Source: Lama glama (lineage: Eukaryota). Taken from it: a stretch of DNA of 64,000 bases. The position numbers were made by a program, and so were the translations under genes. This document shows positions 1 through 13,379 of this stretch, in pieces. Every line of letters starts with the position of its first letter. Position 1 is the stretch's first letter. The stretch is from contig CM052818.1 in the NCBI GenBank assembly GCA_028534125.1, forward strand, positions 22,446,001 to 22,510,000, given 5' to 3'. Under the pieces are notes generated by a model. The model did not search any database. It saw only the letters and a program-made list of their open reading frames with translations, and was not told the DNA's origin.

Positions 1-124
1 ACCAAAAAAAGGAAAGAAGGAAGGAAAGACAATGTATCCCTACCACACAGATTTGTTAAGTAAACTAAATAAGATAACACCGATAAAAGCTGGTCACACG
101 ATAGCCTATGAAAAATAAGTGCTG

Positions 125-205
125 CTTGGGAAATTTATGTACTTTCTGTTTCATTTTGCTGTGAACCTAAAACTGCTCTAAAAAGTAAAGTTTAAAAATT
201 AAAAA
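125..205 (+). mobile_element. L1MC-type LINE-1 3' end fragment
   Basis: GGGAAATTTATGTACTTTCTG...TTTTGCTGTGAACCTAAAACTGCTCTAAAAAGTAAAGT followed by an A-rich tail resembles the L1MC 3' terminus. Confidence 0.7.
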
Positions 206-239
206 ATTTTTTTTTGTTAAAGACAAGCATATGGCCTGA

Positions 240-520
240 CAGACAGGGAAGACTTCCTGGAGGAAGTAACATTTGAGCTGGACCTTGAGGGATGAACAGG
301 TGAGCCAGATTTCTAAAGGTGGGGAAGGTGGAAAATGCACTTCAGATGGAGATACTGATTTGCTGTGGAGGGAGCAGGAGGCCCACTCATCAGTTGGATA
401 TGAGGGTGTGGAGCACATGGCCTTGATTTGGGGTCACCCCTGGGACATGACACTCCTAGAAAGTAGAGAATGAGAGGAGGTGGGGTTCAGAAGAGAACCC
501 TGGAGCACACGACCACATTG
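240..520 (-). mobile_element. L2 LINE fragment
   Basis: AGGGAAGACTTCCTGGAGGAAGTAACATTTGAGCTGGACCTTGA is the typical reverse-complement L2 3' segment. Confidence 0.65.
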
Positions 521-688
521 GAGGTGGGGTAGGAGAGTGTTAGGAGGGGACAGAGGAAGAGGATCTGAGAGGCGGGAGGACCACCAGGGGAGTGGGCCGA
601 CACAAGATTTAAGAAAGAGCAGTGTGGGAAATATCCAACATTGCCAAGAGGGCTGGGTGGTGGGGTGCATGGGGCAGAGGTCAGGAGG

Positions 689-1160
689 TGTCTGACTTTC
701 TTACTGCTGTGTAACAAATCACCACAAATGGAGTAACTTAAACAATACAACTTTATTCTGTCAGTTCTAGAGGTCCAGAGTCCAAAATCAGTCTCACTGG
801 GCTGACGTCAAGCTGTTAGCAGGGCTAGTTCCTCCGGAGGCTCCAGGGGAGAATCTATCTCCTTGCCTTCTTCAGCCTCTAGTGGCGGCCTTTGCTCTTT
901 GGCTTGTGGCCCCTTCCTCCGTCTTCAAAGAGCATCACTCTGATCTCTGCTTCTGTCATCCCATCACCTTCTACTCTTTGATCTCCTGTCTCCCTCTTAA
1001 AGAACCCCTGTGATTCCATTAGACCAACTCAAATAACTCAAGATAATCTCCCCGTCTCAAGATCCTTCATTTACTCACACATGCCAAGTCCTATATATGG
1101 TGGCATGGACAGATTCCAGGGCTTGAGACGTGAACATTTTGCATATTCAGCCTTCCACTA
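689..1160 (-). mobile_element. MaLR LTR, MLT1D-like
   Basis: TGCTGTGTAACAAATCACCACAAA...GTCCAAAATCAGTCTCACTGGGCT...GGAGGCTCCAGGGGGAGAATC...CCTTGCCTT is the reverse complement of the MLT1 LTR body and is homologous to the copies at 4816 and 6499. Confidence 0.85.
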
Positions 1161-2723
1161 TTCAGGTGGCAGAAAGAGATGGGAGCAGAGAAGGTGAGTG
1201 GAGACCATTCAGCAGGAAGCGAGTGAGAAAGAAAGAAGGAATGAAACAGTCATCCAGGGAAGACCACGACTGGTTGGAGAGAAACGGTTTTTAGGATCTT
1301 TTTTCCCAGATCCCATTGCATCTCCTTTTCTCCCTCCTGCCCTCAGCTAATTATAAAATTAGAAACATAACTGTCGATTCCATAAGATACGGCTTCCCCT
1401 CACTCATGCTATCCATCCACCCAGGGGTCTTCCAAGCCACGTAAGTTGAAATCTGCATTTTTAAAAGATTGATTCTTATTTTATATCCAGATTTTCCTTA
1501 ACTAAAAAACCAAAGCTGATTATATTATTAACTTTTCAAGTTCAAATATTGATGTCCAGTTTAGAAAGGTGATGATTTAATTCACGTTCCTCAACATCCA
1601 CTCAGTCCCTTCTGAAAAACATCTTGCTGTGCAATTGATTTTAATTCTTCAACTGATTTTACGTGTAGCTTAATTTATTCTCCAGCTTTATTGTGGTATC
1701 ATTGACAAGGGATCTACATTTTTAAGCCACAAGGAAAAGTAACCCAGAGCTACCAAGAATAATACTTTATTGACTTGGAACGAGTTTTGGAATCTGTATT
1801 TTTAACCAACGAGGTGATTTTGATGATCAGACAGTTTGAGGTGGTTTTCCTCCCTCCCCCCTTTCCTCTTTCTCTTCCCTTCAGTAAACTGTTTTTCAAC
1901 TTTGTTTTTCAGTGAAAACCATTTCCTCCTCATCGTGGACTCCATCCAGAGGCTGCGCCCATCTCTCCCACGTCAACAGTGCTGTGTCCTTGGCGGAGGA
2001 CAGTGCGCTCATTCTGGGGCCTTTCCCTACTTCCTCGGCCAAACCCCTGCTCCTGCACCTCCGGGCAGCTAATAAAAAGGCTGAGTTCCCCGCTGCAGGG
2101 AGAGCCCCCGCCAGCTGTCATTCTCAGGGATGAGTGAATCTGCAGCTTTCCTTGCCTCCCTTACTTGTAGCCAGCTCTGTCCCAGGCCTCAGGTGGCAGA
2201 ATCCAGCCACGACCAACTTCCAGAGCCCAACAGTCCTGAGTGAACCTGCAGACATGCAAGGGCTGGGTGCTTCCTGAGTAAAGAAAAGTCTTCTCGTGAG
2301 AAGGCATGAGTTGATTTGGGACAAAAAGCACTTGTTGGCCCAGGAGGGCGGGATGCGGGGGGAGCCCCGTGCTGAACGGAGGTGGGTGGACGTATTTCCT
2401 TGGCTCACAGAGCCTCTTGTTGGATGGGACCAGCCACTCCAGCCAGTAGCCACCTGGCCCAGCTCTGGGAGATGTGGAGAATGAATTTCACAGTGATTTC
2501 CACAGGGCCATGGCACTGAAACAGCTGCAGGAGAGGACACAGCTGGCCCCCACCCCTTCCTACAGAGCTGCTCTGGAGGAATGCCACCCTCCCCATGGGA
2601 AGCGAGAGGGTCCTGTTTGCTGTGGTTCCAGGGGCCATGTGAAGGTACCTCTAAGTTAGACCCCCATTTTTGAGGGCACTGGTTGGCCTTTATTAAAATA
2701 AAACCCCACCATAACTTATTCCA

Positions 2724-2900
2724 GAGGCTCCCAAACCTGGCTAAACACCAGAATCACCCAGGACATTTATTAAAAACATAAAGATTAATACAAATGATGG
2801 GTTGGGGCATCCATCCCAGACCTAATGAATCAGAATCTCTTTGAGGAGGGCTAAGGCTGGAATTAGCATGAATCAGTTTAATCAGGCTGCTTTCCCGATT
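2724..2900. mobile_element. MER5-type hAT-Charlie DNA transposon fragment
   Basis: CTCCCAAACCTGGCT...CAGAATCACCCAGG...CCCAGACCTAATGAATCAGAATCTCT is the MER5 motif series. Confidence 0.65.
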
Positions 2901-3009
2901 GCAGAAGTCTGAGCTCATAGAATGAGAGCATGAAGAGGGAATGGCGGGTGCTCCAGTGAGAGAGAACAGAGTCACCGGACAGGGGCATATCTGTGTGCCA
3001 GAGAACTGC

Positions 3010-3160
3010 AGACTTCTCATTATCTTATTTCGTGAAAACAAAGGTATATCTGATTATTATCCTCGTTTTGCTGATGAGGACATAGGAGCTCAAAGAGGTC
3101 ACATAGGTAAGAAGAAGCAGAGCAAGAACTCAGATTCAGATCTTTCTCTTAGCATCTCCA
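3010..3160 (-). mobile_element. MIR SINE fragment
   Basis: ATTATTATCCTCGTTTTGCTGATGAGGACATAGGAGCTCAAAGAGG resembles the MIR core in reverse. Confidence 0.55.
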
Positions 3161-3249
3161 CCATGGAAGGAGTAATGTGAAGCCTGGGTACCACCTTTGG
3201 AGTTAGAGCAGTACATGGCCAAATTGTAGCACCAACACAATGTGCCTTG

Positions 3250-3320
3250 TAGTAGGGGTGGTTATGCTCAATGCCTAGCATGCACTGGGCTCAATCTCCA
3301 GTTCCTCCATTAAAAAAAAA
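3250..3320 (+). mobile_element. degenerate tRNA-derived camelid-type SINE
   Basis: TGCCTAGCATGCAC...TGGGCTCAATCTCCAGTTCCTCCATTAAAAAAAAA is similar to the SINE at 15079; degenerate flanking repeats (ACAATGTGCCTT / ACAGTATGCCTT). Confidence 0.7.
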
Positions 3321-3699
3321 CCTACAGTATGCCTTCCGGACCCTTGTCTCTGGTGGGCTCAGGTCCCCCGTACACACTCCCCTCATGTCAGTTCTCCAAG
3401 CACTTGTGGACACCGAGGTGGTCAGGACATGGCACCCAGACAGAATGGGTCACGGAAAGAGCAGAGGGCTGAAATCAGAAGGGGAGTTTCTGGTCCCAGT
3501 GCCACCACCCAGAAAAGAGGATGGACTGGGTGATCTGTAGGGGCCCTTCAGCTCTTAAAAAGCAGGCTCAGTGGAGCCCAGTGCCATCTCACCAGAACTG
3601 CCCCCTCCCACTCTAGGCCCCTCTAAGGCCGTAGCTTTCTCTTGACTGCAGGATAGTCAGTTCCTCACTTGGACATGATGAGCCTCTCTGTGGGGTGAT

Positions 3700-3950
3700 G
3701 GGAGCATCAAGGAGGGGATCTAACCTCCCCAGACTTCAGGGAAGACTTCCTGGAGGAGGTGGCACCTGAGTCAGAGCTATCCAGGAGAGGAGGGTGGAAA
3801 AATATCAAGCAGCGGGAAGACCATGAGCTGAAGCATGACTGCCTCTCCTGACACAGTACGTGCAGGTGGACTTGGTGTTTTAGTGTGTTTGGGGGTGTAA
3901 AATGCAGCATCACCAGCCCCAGGAGGCCCTCCTGACACCTTGGGCAGTCT
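3700..3950 (-). mobile_element. L2 LINE fragment
   Basis: TCAGGGAAGACTTCCTGGAGGAGGTGGCACCTGAG L2 motif. Confidence 0.6.
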
Positions 3951-4815
3951 CATTTGTCTCCCACATTGGGAACTCTGGGGACCAGCGCCCGGCACACTGC
4001 TGGGGAGGGGATATTTACGTGGCTGTCTCCCCAGTGGCTTCTCACAGGCTGAGGGACTGACCCTTCCAGCTCTGTATCCTGTGCCTGACATAGAACCAGC
4101 ACTGTGCCAGACAGGAAGGGAGGGAGGGAAAGGAAGAAAGAAAGGGAAGGAGGAAGGAAGGTCTGGCTCAAAGAGGCACTTCACTCGGGAGGCCTCCGAG
4201 GACACGAACCTGTCCGACTGGGTCCCACGGGACTGCCCAGGCTGGGTCAGTGTCATCCCTCTCTGATTCTCCCTGGTGAGGGAGTTTTAAGGTCACACTG
4301 TGACTGAGTGGCCTGAGCTCTGGGAGGATGAGCCAGTGAGGACCACTGCTGGGAATGAGTACCCACATCCCTGCTGCTCTCATTCAAACATCTTGGATAC
4401 CCACCCAACACCCCTGAATCAGGTCCAGGATTCTTACCCCCATGGCACACAGAAGGGCAGTTGAGAAACCCACCTTGGAAAAAGGCAAAATTCAGATCCT
4501 AAACTAAGTTGGGGCTGGAATGAATTCTTCACCGGTTGAGAATGCCCCTCAGGTATAGGCTGAGGGGTGAAGGCCCCAGACTGGGGTGTCAGACTCCTGG
4601 TGCTGGATGCAGAGGAGGCAGGGATCCCCTCCAACAAACAGAAGAGACCATATGAGTCCCAGAGACTCAGCGATGTGTAGAGAGGAGAGGGGCGAGGCCT
4701 ATTTCATCGGAGGGCCAGTGAGGCAGAGACTTAGCATTTTAGCATCAGAGCTGCAAGAGGCCTGTGGAGACTGACCCTCTGGAGCTACAGGTGAGGAACA
4801 GAAAGGGACACTTGC

Positions 4816-5260
4816 TGTGGAAGACTGCATTAATGGCCTCCACTATGTTCCAGTAATCCCCAGAACCTGTGAATGTTCTTACGTGGCAAAAGGAACATTG
4901 CAGATGTGATTAAATCCCTCTTAGGCTGGGGACTATCCAGGTGGGCCCAATGTAATCATGAGCATCCTTACAAGAGGATGCAGAGGGTCAGAATTAGAGG
5001 ACAAGGTGATGCAATGACAGAGCTGAGATGAGAGTGATGCTCTTCGAAGGTGGAGGGAGGGGCCACAAGCCAAGGAATACAGGCAGCCACTAGAAGCTGA
5101 AAAAGGCAAGGAAACACATTCTCTCCTGGATCTTCCAGGAGGAACCAGCCCAGTGAGGCTGATTTTGGACTTCTGACTTCCAGAATTGTAAGAGAAGAAA
5201 TCTGTACTGTTTTAAGCCACTCAGCTTGTGGTGATTTTTCACAGCCGTAACAAGAATCTC
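4816..5260 (+). mobile_element. MaLR LTR, MLT1D-like
   Basis: TGTGG...TAATGGCC...TAATCCCCAGAACCTGTGAATG...GGCAAAAGG...TTGCAGATGTGATTAA...GGGCCACAAGCCAAGGAAT...TTTTAAGCCACT. Confidence 0.88.
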
Positions 5261-5587
5261 TTCCACTTGCCTAGAGATGGAGAACTAGCAAGCGGTCGAG
5301 ACTGTTCTGGACCCACAGGCCCTGCTCTGTGGAATCCCTGTCCCACGCTGCTTGGGGCTGGGCTAGAAGTACAGGGGAGGCCCTGAAGGGTTGGTGAGAT
5401 CTGGGGCTCTGAGAGGTGTACACGTGTGCGTGTGTGTTAGAGAAAATAGAAGCGCACACCTTCCTGCATTGGAAATTTCTGGGCAGACGATCCACCAAAG
5501 GCATGTCAACATTTTTCTCTCAAGGAGAAAATAGCTCAATCCCTGTCAAAAAAAAAAAAAAAAAAGGAAGAAAAAAAGTCACAGTTT

Positions 5588-5607
5588 CACACACACACAC
5601 ACACACA
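5588..5607. repeat. (CA)n microsatellite, preceded by a poly(A) tract at ~5548-5565
   Basis: Directly visible. Confidence 0.9.
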
Positions 5608-6498
5608 ACCATGGCCAGACTCGTGGGTCCTAGGGGGAAGCAAGGTACCCCTCCTGCTCCAGGCGTCTTTAATTTTCACGGGGCAGGGAGCGCAGCGGAG
5701 GGAAGCCGGGGAAGCCGTCAGCCGGAGGACTGTGGACACACTGTGACATCTGGATTTCCCCAAAGCTCTCGGGGCCTGTGGAGTGAGCACTCACCCCCAC
5801 CGCTGTCCCCACCATGCTTCCCACTTCCACAAAGTCTCTGGGAAGATTTGACACATTTTTTTAGCAGTGGAGAGCAGTTGGAATTTCCAGCTTAATGCCA
5901 GATGTGGTGCTGACTGTGCTGGGGAATTTGGCCTAGTAAAGCATCCGGGAGGCCCATCGTCCCCGTGGACCCCCCAGCACTGGCCTGCACGGTTGTGCGT
6001 GTCCTCACTCTTTGTCTCTGGGTCTTGCAGTGAGGTTTTTCTGTGGGCAGCCAGAGAGAGCCCCATGCATGTGGTTTTCACACGTGTGGAGAGGGCTGGG
6101 TGGCAGGTGGGCCCGCGCTGGCAGGCTGCAGCCCACGGTGCCTCTGAGGCCAGGAGTGGGGCCATGACAGGGAAGGAACCGAGTCAGTGAGGAGTGCTCT
6201 GGGAGGCTGGATCTGGAGCAGGCTGGGAGAGGGTGAAGGGGGACTCTGGGAATTGAGGGGTCAGTCTGAGCTGAGGTCATAGCTGTTGCCTGGCCAGGGG
6301 CTGCTGGGAGAGCAGGCAGAAAGCAAAGGTCCTTCACCCAGCCAGCGCACCCTGGTTCCTGGCGCTCAACCCCGCAGACAAGATGTCAGGAGAAGATAGC
6401 TCCTTGGCAAGGGTGACGGTTCCAATGGGTCCCTCAGCGGGACTGCAGGAGGATCAAGAATGTCACCCCCTTATGCCAGCTTGTCTGTGATTGCCCTA

Positions 6499-6959
6499 CT
6501 TAGCAGACAGAATAATAGCTCCCAAGATGTCCACATTCTAATCCCCGGAACCTGTGACAATGTTATCTCACAGGCAAAAAGTCTTTGCAGATGTGATGAT
6601 GTTAAGGCTCCTATGATGAGGAGATTGTTCCGCATTAACTGGGAGCGTCTAACGTCATCACGAGAGTCCTCACAAGAGGGAGGCAAGAAAGTCAAAGCAA
6701 TAGCAAGGTGACGTGACAGTGTGATGGAGGAAGGGGCCACAAACCAAGGAGTGCAGGCAGTTTCTAGAACCTGGAAAAGGCAAGGAGATGAATTTCTCCT
6801 AGAGCCTCCAGAAGGAACACAGCCCTGCCAATACCTTGACTTTAGGCTGGTGAGGCTGATTTTGGACTTCTGACCTCCAGTACTGTAAAATAAACTGGTG
6901 TTGTATAAAACCACTAAGTTTGTGGTGATCTGTTACAGCAGTGACAGGAAACAAATACA
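6499..6959 (+). mobile_element. MaLR LTR, MLT1D-like
   Basis: GCAGACAGAATAATAGCTCCCAAGATGTCCACATTCTAATCCCCGGAACCTGTGA...CCACTAAGTTTGTGGTGATCTGTTACAGCAGTGACAGGAAACAAATACA. Confidence 0.88.
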
Positions 6960-7354
6960 CCATCCCATCGCGTGCTGGGTGCCGGGCTCTGCCCCACTCC
7001 TTTTGACAAGCGTCTCTTCAACATGACACAGGGTGAGGGGAGTATCCCATTTGTCCTCCCTGAGCGGCCCTGGCCAGGCACCTGCACAGGCCACCAGGAG
7101 AACACCAGGAGGGGCTGCCTCCCGCCAGCCAAGGTCTCCAGCAGATAGCAGAGCTGAGCCCTGTCCAGGACCCCAGACTCCTGGGCCAAGATCTTGCTCC
7201 CATGGCCACAGCCTTCCTTTACCCGCAGATGAACCAGCCATGGGCCTGTGGTTCCTCCCCTGCAGCCCTCATCTTTCCCCCTATTCTCTGGGGTTCTGCT
7301 CTCCACTCCCAACAAGGAGAATGACATTTTCAAGCTGCAAATAAGGGAACCAGA

Positions 7355-7427
7355 ACAGACAGACAGACAGACACATATACACACACACACAAACACACAA
7401 ACACACACACACACACACACACACACG
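7355..7427. repeat. compound (CAGA)n/(CA)n microsatellite
   Basis: Directly visible; a degenerate CA-rich tract also lies at ~7760-7880. Confidence 0.9.
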
Positions 7428-10400
7428 GCTCTGGAAGTACTCACTTCCTGGGAACCAGATGTCAGCTCCACCTGCTGTAAATGGGATTTTAACAAACTCA
7501 GGGGCTGTGCTGAGTGTGGGCAGGAGATGGCCCAACAGGGTCAGTTTGTGTGGACGTGGGATGGTACAGAGGGGACAGAGGGCCCCGAGCCCCTGTCCCC
7601 AACGTTGGGATTTCACAGCACAACCCGTCACTTATTTTTCCCCTCTCTCCTTACAAAGCCAAGCATAGATACCTAGGCACAGATCAGCCAGGCACCGCAT
7701 GCCCGTAGATAAACACAGGGCCGCAAGCAGTGCTGGCGCGTGCAAAGGAGAAATGAACAAGCACACGTGCACAGACAGACACCATCCAACACATATGCAC
7801 ACGCCCACACATGCACACAGACACACCTACTGCACACACTGGCACACCCACATGGGTGCACACAGACACAGACACCCCTGTGTACGAGTAAAGAGCACCT
7901 GTACAAATGGATGGCTGGTCACCCCAATGAACAGAGCAGACTATCCAGTGCTCCTGGCACCTCCCTGCAGGGAGGGAGGCAGAGGCCCTCCCTCCTCAAC
8001 CTTCCAGAGCTCTGCTTTGAAGCCCTCTGCTGGAGATGTGAGGAACAGGCTGCCAGGACCTCCTTGGTTCTAGAGCTGAGCCGGCCTGGACTGGGGATTT
8101 GGAGGGAAGGAAGATGAAGCGAGAAAGGGGACCAATCCGAGCCAGCGCCCGGGCCCTCAGCATCCTGCCCCGACCTTGTCCAAAGGACTTTCCAAAGTAT
8201 TTATCCAAAGGACTTTCTGCAGCCTCCAATCTAGGGCTGAGGGAAAGATTTCTTCTGCCAAGATTCCCCATGGGCCTTAGCCTCTTTTTGCCAGACACCA
8301 GGCCCACCCTTTCCAGGGGCACTGCTAGTGTGGCTGCATGTAGACGAGGGCCCCGGCCTGGCAGCATCACACGCCCCCCCACCCCTCCAGGACAAGGCGC
8401 CTCCACCTTCCTACACTCCGGGAGCCCAAGTGGGCCCCACCCCACTCCCTTCACCCAACCTGCCACCCCTGGGTTTCTGACCCTGCTTGTTCAAACCTCC
8501 ACTTCCTGTACCTTCTGGTAGGAACCACCCTCCTGCTCTCAGTGACTTTTTCTTTGCATTTTCTCTTGGGAGGATGGGGAGGAAGTGAGAAGAGCTGGGC
8601 TTTGGAATAAGATGAATAAAACTGAATGCAGATCTCAGCTCAAAGGTGGGACTGACTCACCAGCTCTCAGGCACCTAACCTAACTGCCTTCAGCCTCAGT
8701 TTCACCAGGTAGTATGGAGATCAGGCTACTTTGTGGCAGGGTGAGAGCATTCTCCCAGCACCAGAGCCAGTTTAAAGGGTGAGCCAGCCAGGCAGCCGGC
8801 TAGGGTGCCATCCTTACAAGGTCCTCAGAAATCACTGGAAATATGAGATTAAAAAAACTGTGTCTGGAACTTGTTTAAGGGTCAGTTGGATATTATGCTT
8901 TAATAAGCTACTTGCAATGGGGTGGTGGGGGGACCGCAAAAGAGCAAGCCAGAATAACAGTAGTTGGTCTCTAAGCTGTTTCCTAAGGAGGGGAGGGCAA
9001 GGTCTCTATGGTTTTCATCTGTCCAATTGCAGCATGCAGGTTTGAGGTCAGAACTGAACTGCTCAGAGGAGAGGGAGTGTTGCCAGCAGGGATCCTCTCC
9101 TCTGCCCACTCCTCTCTTTCTCCAAGCAGAGATCAGTTGCACTGTATTAAATTTGAACTGATATAAAAGAATACCAGTTTGATGAGACATAAAATGATCA
9201 GCTTGCTTGGGGGACCCTCATGCTTTGCCACGCGGCCCTTCCTGACACATGGAAAGTGCTTAATAAATGTTAGTTGGGTCTGTCTCCCCAGCCCTTGGCC
9301 ATAAGATTTCTCCCCAGGCCCCTCCACTCAGCTCAGCCCTTCTCGTATCCTCTCTGGCTGGTCCTTGGGTCCACAGCATCACTTGGTTCTTCACTCTACA
9401 CGCCCTCCCCCCAGCCTTAGCCCACTGCCCCCCACCCCATTCTGCAAGCCTCAAGGCTTTTGGCAGGGGTCAAGATTTCCATTTCTTGGGAAATCAGATG
9501 GCTCTTCTACATTACCCTGTTTCAAATAACAATGGGTAGCCCCTATCTTGTCCCAAAAATTATCTCCTTATCTTAAATGTCTGCAGTCAGGCAGTTCCAG
9601 CTTACCAATGAGTTATATTTCAAAACTTTGTTTCTGGGAAGTGGATTAGGGTTCCAGACAATGAGCCAGAAGAAAAATCGAGGACTCAGCATTATGAAAG
9701 GGGCTCAGTTTTCGAGGTTGAGCCATAAGTGCTCATTTAATGCATCACAAGGCTGGGCTGCCACACACCCACACGGGGGAAAAAGAAAAGCCTACTGTTG
9801 CAAGACCTGTAGGTAGAAATGGAAAAATAACAATGCGGATCTAGAAAAGTCTGTTCACTTTTTCTTGAAAGCTGGTGCTTGAGGGAAGGCAGGTTTCTTA
9901 ACAAGAGTCTGAGGAGGTGGGTGGGACGCTCTGAAGGAAACACCGAGGTGCTTTTCAAGGGCTTTAGAGCCTGAGAGCTTTTACTCTTCATCATTCTGAA
10001 GAATCTCTCTGACGTTCAGTCTGCCTTTTTCCTGACACTCACTCAGCCAGGATTGTTTGGTTTGAGAGAATAAACCGGGGAAAGGAAATTGGGGTAGAAT
10101 TGCTAGAAAGGAGATGAAGTAGATTCAAGGATGTGTAATTTGGGTTCTAAAGATGGCCTGCGGAAGAATCAGCTTAACTAAACCAATCGTGGTAAAACAA
10201 TAACACCAAGAAAACAGAGAGAAAAGGGAGATGACGCGACAAATGTGATCCCAACCCCGAAAGAAACGAAAGGAGGCTGGGAGCTGGCCAGTTCCAACGC
10301 TGGCCACCAGGTGACACCCCAGGCCCGGGACAGCTTGGTTGCAGTTGTAGCTGATGGAGGGGACAAGGGTGGCCCCAGGGAAGTAGGGGAGTCACAAGTT

Positions 10401-11046
10401 TGGAAATACAAGATGTTCTCGAATTCCAGCCTCATTCCAAGGGCTTTCTGCCAGTATACAAGGCGGAGTGTGGATGGGATGGTGCCCAGAGGGATGGGAG
10501 TGAGGGAAGGGGGTGAGTGAAGAGAGGAGGGAAAGGGGCTCAGGAAGGCCTTGGACAGAACCTTGATAGCGTGAGGGGACAGAAAACAATGAACCTTTAT
10601 TGAAAGCCCGCCCCCACTCACAGGTCCTGACACAGGGAAGCCCAGAGGGGAATTAAGCGGCACCACCTACAAGGCTGCCCACAGATGCAGGTGATTCAGA
10701 ATTTAGGTTTGGCTGATAACAGCCCTGGACCAGCCGAGAATGAGCCCTTTGTGAGGGTGGCCCCTCCTCAGGCCCCTTCCTCACGGCTGGGCCAGCTATG
10801 GCAGGCCTGTGCGGAGGGCTGCCTTGCAGGAAACAGGACTGACTGGAAAAATGCAAAGAAACCCAGCAGCCTCTACTGTGAGGTGCTTTGTAAGAACTTT
10901 AAGATGCCTCAGAGCAAATGTGCAGCAGAAAGATGCAACTTCGCTGGAGCCCACATTCATTTCGTCCAGGTTTTCATGTTAGCTTTGTCCCTCCCGCCAC
11001 CCCCACTCCCCAGAAAAAAACAAAAACAAAAACATCACTTTCAGTA

Positions 11047-11520
11047 CTGTGTAAGTCAAGACTCCAGGTTGCAAATGGCCAAAACTCAACTTGAATCAGC
11101 TAAAAGGGGGTTTCTGGTTCAATCAGGACAAGGACAGAGCAGGCAGGCCCCAGAGAGGCCTGGAGTAAGGCCTGCTCACCCTGCTGGGACTCCCTTCTCT
11201 CTGCAACTCTCAGAGGCTGGTGGCATTCTTTCTTCTGCAGACAGGCTTTGCCCAACTTTGGCAGGGAAAATGACCACCGTCAGTTCGGGGTTACCTTCTC
11301 ATTGTTTCTGGACCAGAAATGAAATTGCACCATCTACTACCAGACTCCGTTACAGGAAAAGTTCTGTGGAAGAATTCCGATTGGCTGGCCTCGAGTTGTA
11401 TGCTCAGTTCTGGACCAATTACTGTGGCCAGAGGGATGTGTTAGTATGGTTTTCCCAGACTGCACCACTTTCCCAATTCTGTGAAACTGAGGTATTGGAC
11501 AGACACATACAATATGCAAG
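11047..11520 (-). mobile_element. old MaLR LTR (MLT1K/L-like)
   Basis: TGTGTAAGTCAAGACTCCAGGTTGCAAATGGCCAAAACTCAACTTGAATCAGCTAAAAGG...GATTGGCTGGCC...TGGACCAATTACTGTGGCCAGAGG. Confidence 0.65.
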
Positions 11521-11544
11521 AACCTCCTTGCTGTACCCTTGGGT

Positions 11545-11960
11545 TCTCATGAGGCAGTTGTCCCCCAGTAACAATATTCCCTTTTCTCTAAAAGAACAAA
11601 AGGTGCTTACTGGGTACATGGCCGCCTGGAGTAAAAACTACATTTCCCAGATCCCCTTGCAGCTAAGGATCGGCAGGTGGCTAAGAGTTCTGGACAATGG
11701 GATGGGGGAGCAAAGCCAGGTGTGCAACTTCCAGACGGGAAGCAGCGCCTCTTGACCCTCTTTCCCCGACTTTGCACAGTCTGGAAGCCTATGGGCCGGT
11801 GAACCACTCTGGATCCGATGGGTGGGAACAGGACCATAGGGATGGCACAGTAGCAAGTTACTTAGAGGAGGCCTGAGTTCCCTGAGGCCATTTTTGTCTC
11901 AAACTGTTTATGCCTCTTGTTTACACAGGAGAAAATAAACACAGCTCTTGTCTGAGACAC
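11545..11960 (+). mobile_element. ERVL LTR16/LTR33-like LTR
   Basis: ACTACATTTCCCAGATCCCCTTGCAGCTAAGG is a hallmark of LTR16-family LTRs; AATAAA at ~11935. Confidence 0.6.
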
Positions 11961-13379
11961 CCTTATTTGGGGTCTCTGTTATCAGCCAAGTCTTGGGACC
12001 TTCTCTCAGTACCCACTGCTGTAGGCTGGAAATCTTCTCTCTCATATCCAGGACCGAATTTGTTCTCTGACTATGTATACCTCCATCCAAACCCAGAAAA
12101 ATCCTCCCTGTGACCAGCCTCCCCTTTGCCGAGAGTGTGACAAAACACTTCACAGAGCCAGATCCGCTCTCCCTGACCTGAGAACTTCTTTCATTTCTTC
12201 CTCCTCCCCAACTCCGTCTCACTGGGCATGTTCCCAACTGTTTTGTAGGAGGTTAGACCAGACTCTGCATCAGCCCAGGGGCTCCTTTAGAGCGAAGGCC
12301 ACAGCTCCTTCGTCAGACCAGGGCACCTAAGTGCTGGAGCCCTGGAGGAATATAAAGCCAGTGGCCCTCCCTGCCCTCCGGGGTGTTAGCTGCGCCCCTC
12401 TCAGGAGGGTGCAGCCAGCAGGGCAGATAGCCCGTCCGTCCCTGAGGCAGGGAACTGAGGGCACAGAGCTCCTGAGAGCTGAGTAATGGAGAACTCAGGA
12501 GAGACCACTGATACCTGCCTCTTCTCCTGCCGCCTGGGAGTGCTCTGTGCCCAGGCGCCCACTCAGGTCTTCCGTCCTGAGGGAGGGAAAGACAGCACCA
12601 GCGGGGTGGGGCCCAGGCTTCTGGGCTGGGTCACAGCCGAGGTCAGCGCAGGAAATGAGGCACAGAACATAATCGAAGGACTTTGTGGCTTAAGAGCCCT
12701 CATTCCCAGCTTTCATAACTGAAGAAGAATGACCGAGTTAATCCCAGGTGGGCAATCCAGAAGGAAACAGTGCCTCGGACCACAGACCCACAGGCTGGGC
12801 TGGCTGGGCTCTTCCTTTCTTTCTGTGCTGGCTGTGTGTGAGAGCAACGGCGGGCAGGCCCACGTCTTTCTTAGAGCCATCCTTGGCTCCCAAGGGGCTG
12901 GCTTCCCCTCTTCTTTCCTTCCAAACCTCCTCCCTCAGAGGGGCCTCCCTAAGAGCCAAGACAGTGTCTCTACCCTCAGACTGGGGCCTGAAGACTTCTC
13001 CTGGGGCCACTGGACTAGCCCAGGGCTCTGGGAGCCGGCAGGCCCATCTGAACCGATAGGAAGGTACATTAGGTGTTCAGGCTGCCTCCTTGTACCTCCT
13101 CAGAGGTGAAGGCAAGACCTCTGGCCCCACCTCTCTAACCAAGGCAGTTCTCCACAATGGTTCCCCCTGACACAAGCATCAGATCCAAAGGAAGAGTTTT
13201 GACTTTCTGGTTCCCCTTTCCAAGAGGTACATCAACTCTGAGGCACAAACAGGGCTGGCAACACAGTGGCATGGAAACGAGATGCTGAGCGATGACCCTC
13301 TGACGTGCACGCCACTACAAGGAGCGTGTGGCACTCCTAGCTTGTGAGAGACAGCCAAGGCTGGCCAGCATGCGGTCCA

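Noticed and set aside
4816..6959. Two same-strand MLT1D-like LTRs ~1.2 kb apart as one provirus
   Set aside because: The intervening DNA shows no MaLR internal hallmarks (no PBS- or PPT-like ends), and I see no shared outer TSD; better read as two solo LTRs.
6914..8117. Cys/Val- and His/Thr-rich ORFs
   Set aside because: Translations of (CA)n/(TG)n microsatellites; the same applies to 5416-5895 and 47796-48559.
10685..11755. Longest ORF (356 aa)
   Set aside because: It runs through an A-rich tract, an MLT1-like LTR and an LTR16-like LTR, has no recognisable domain and starts at a non-ATG codon; most likely a chance open frame.
12349..12360. TATAAA as a promoter TATA box
   Set aside because: An isolated hexamer with no CpG island or supportable downstream exon.
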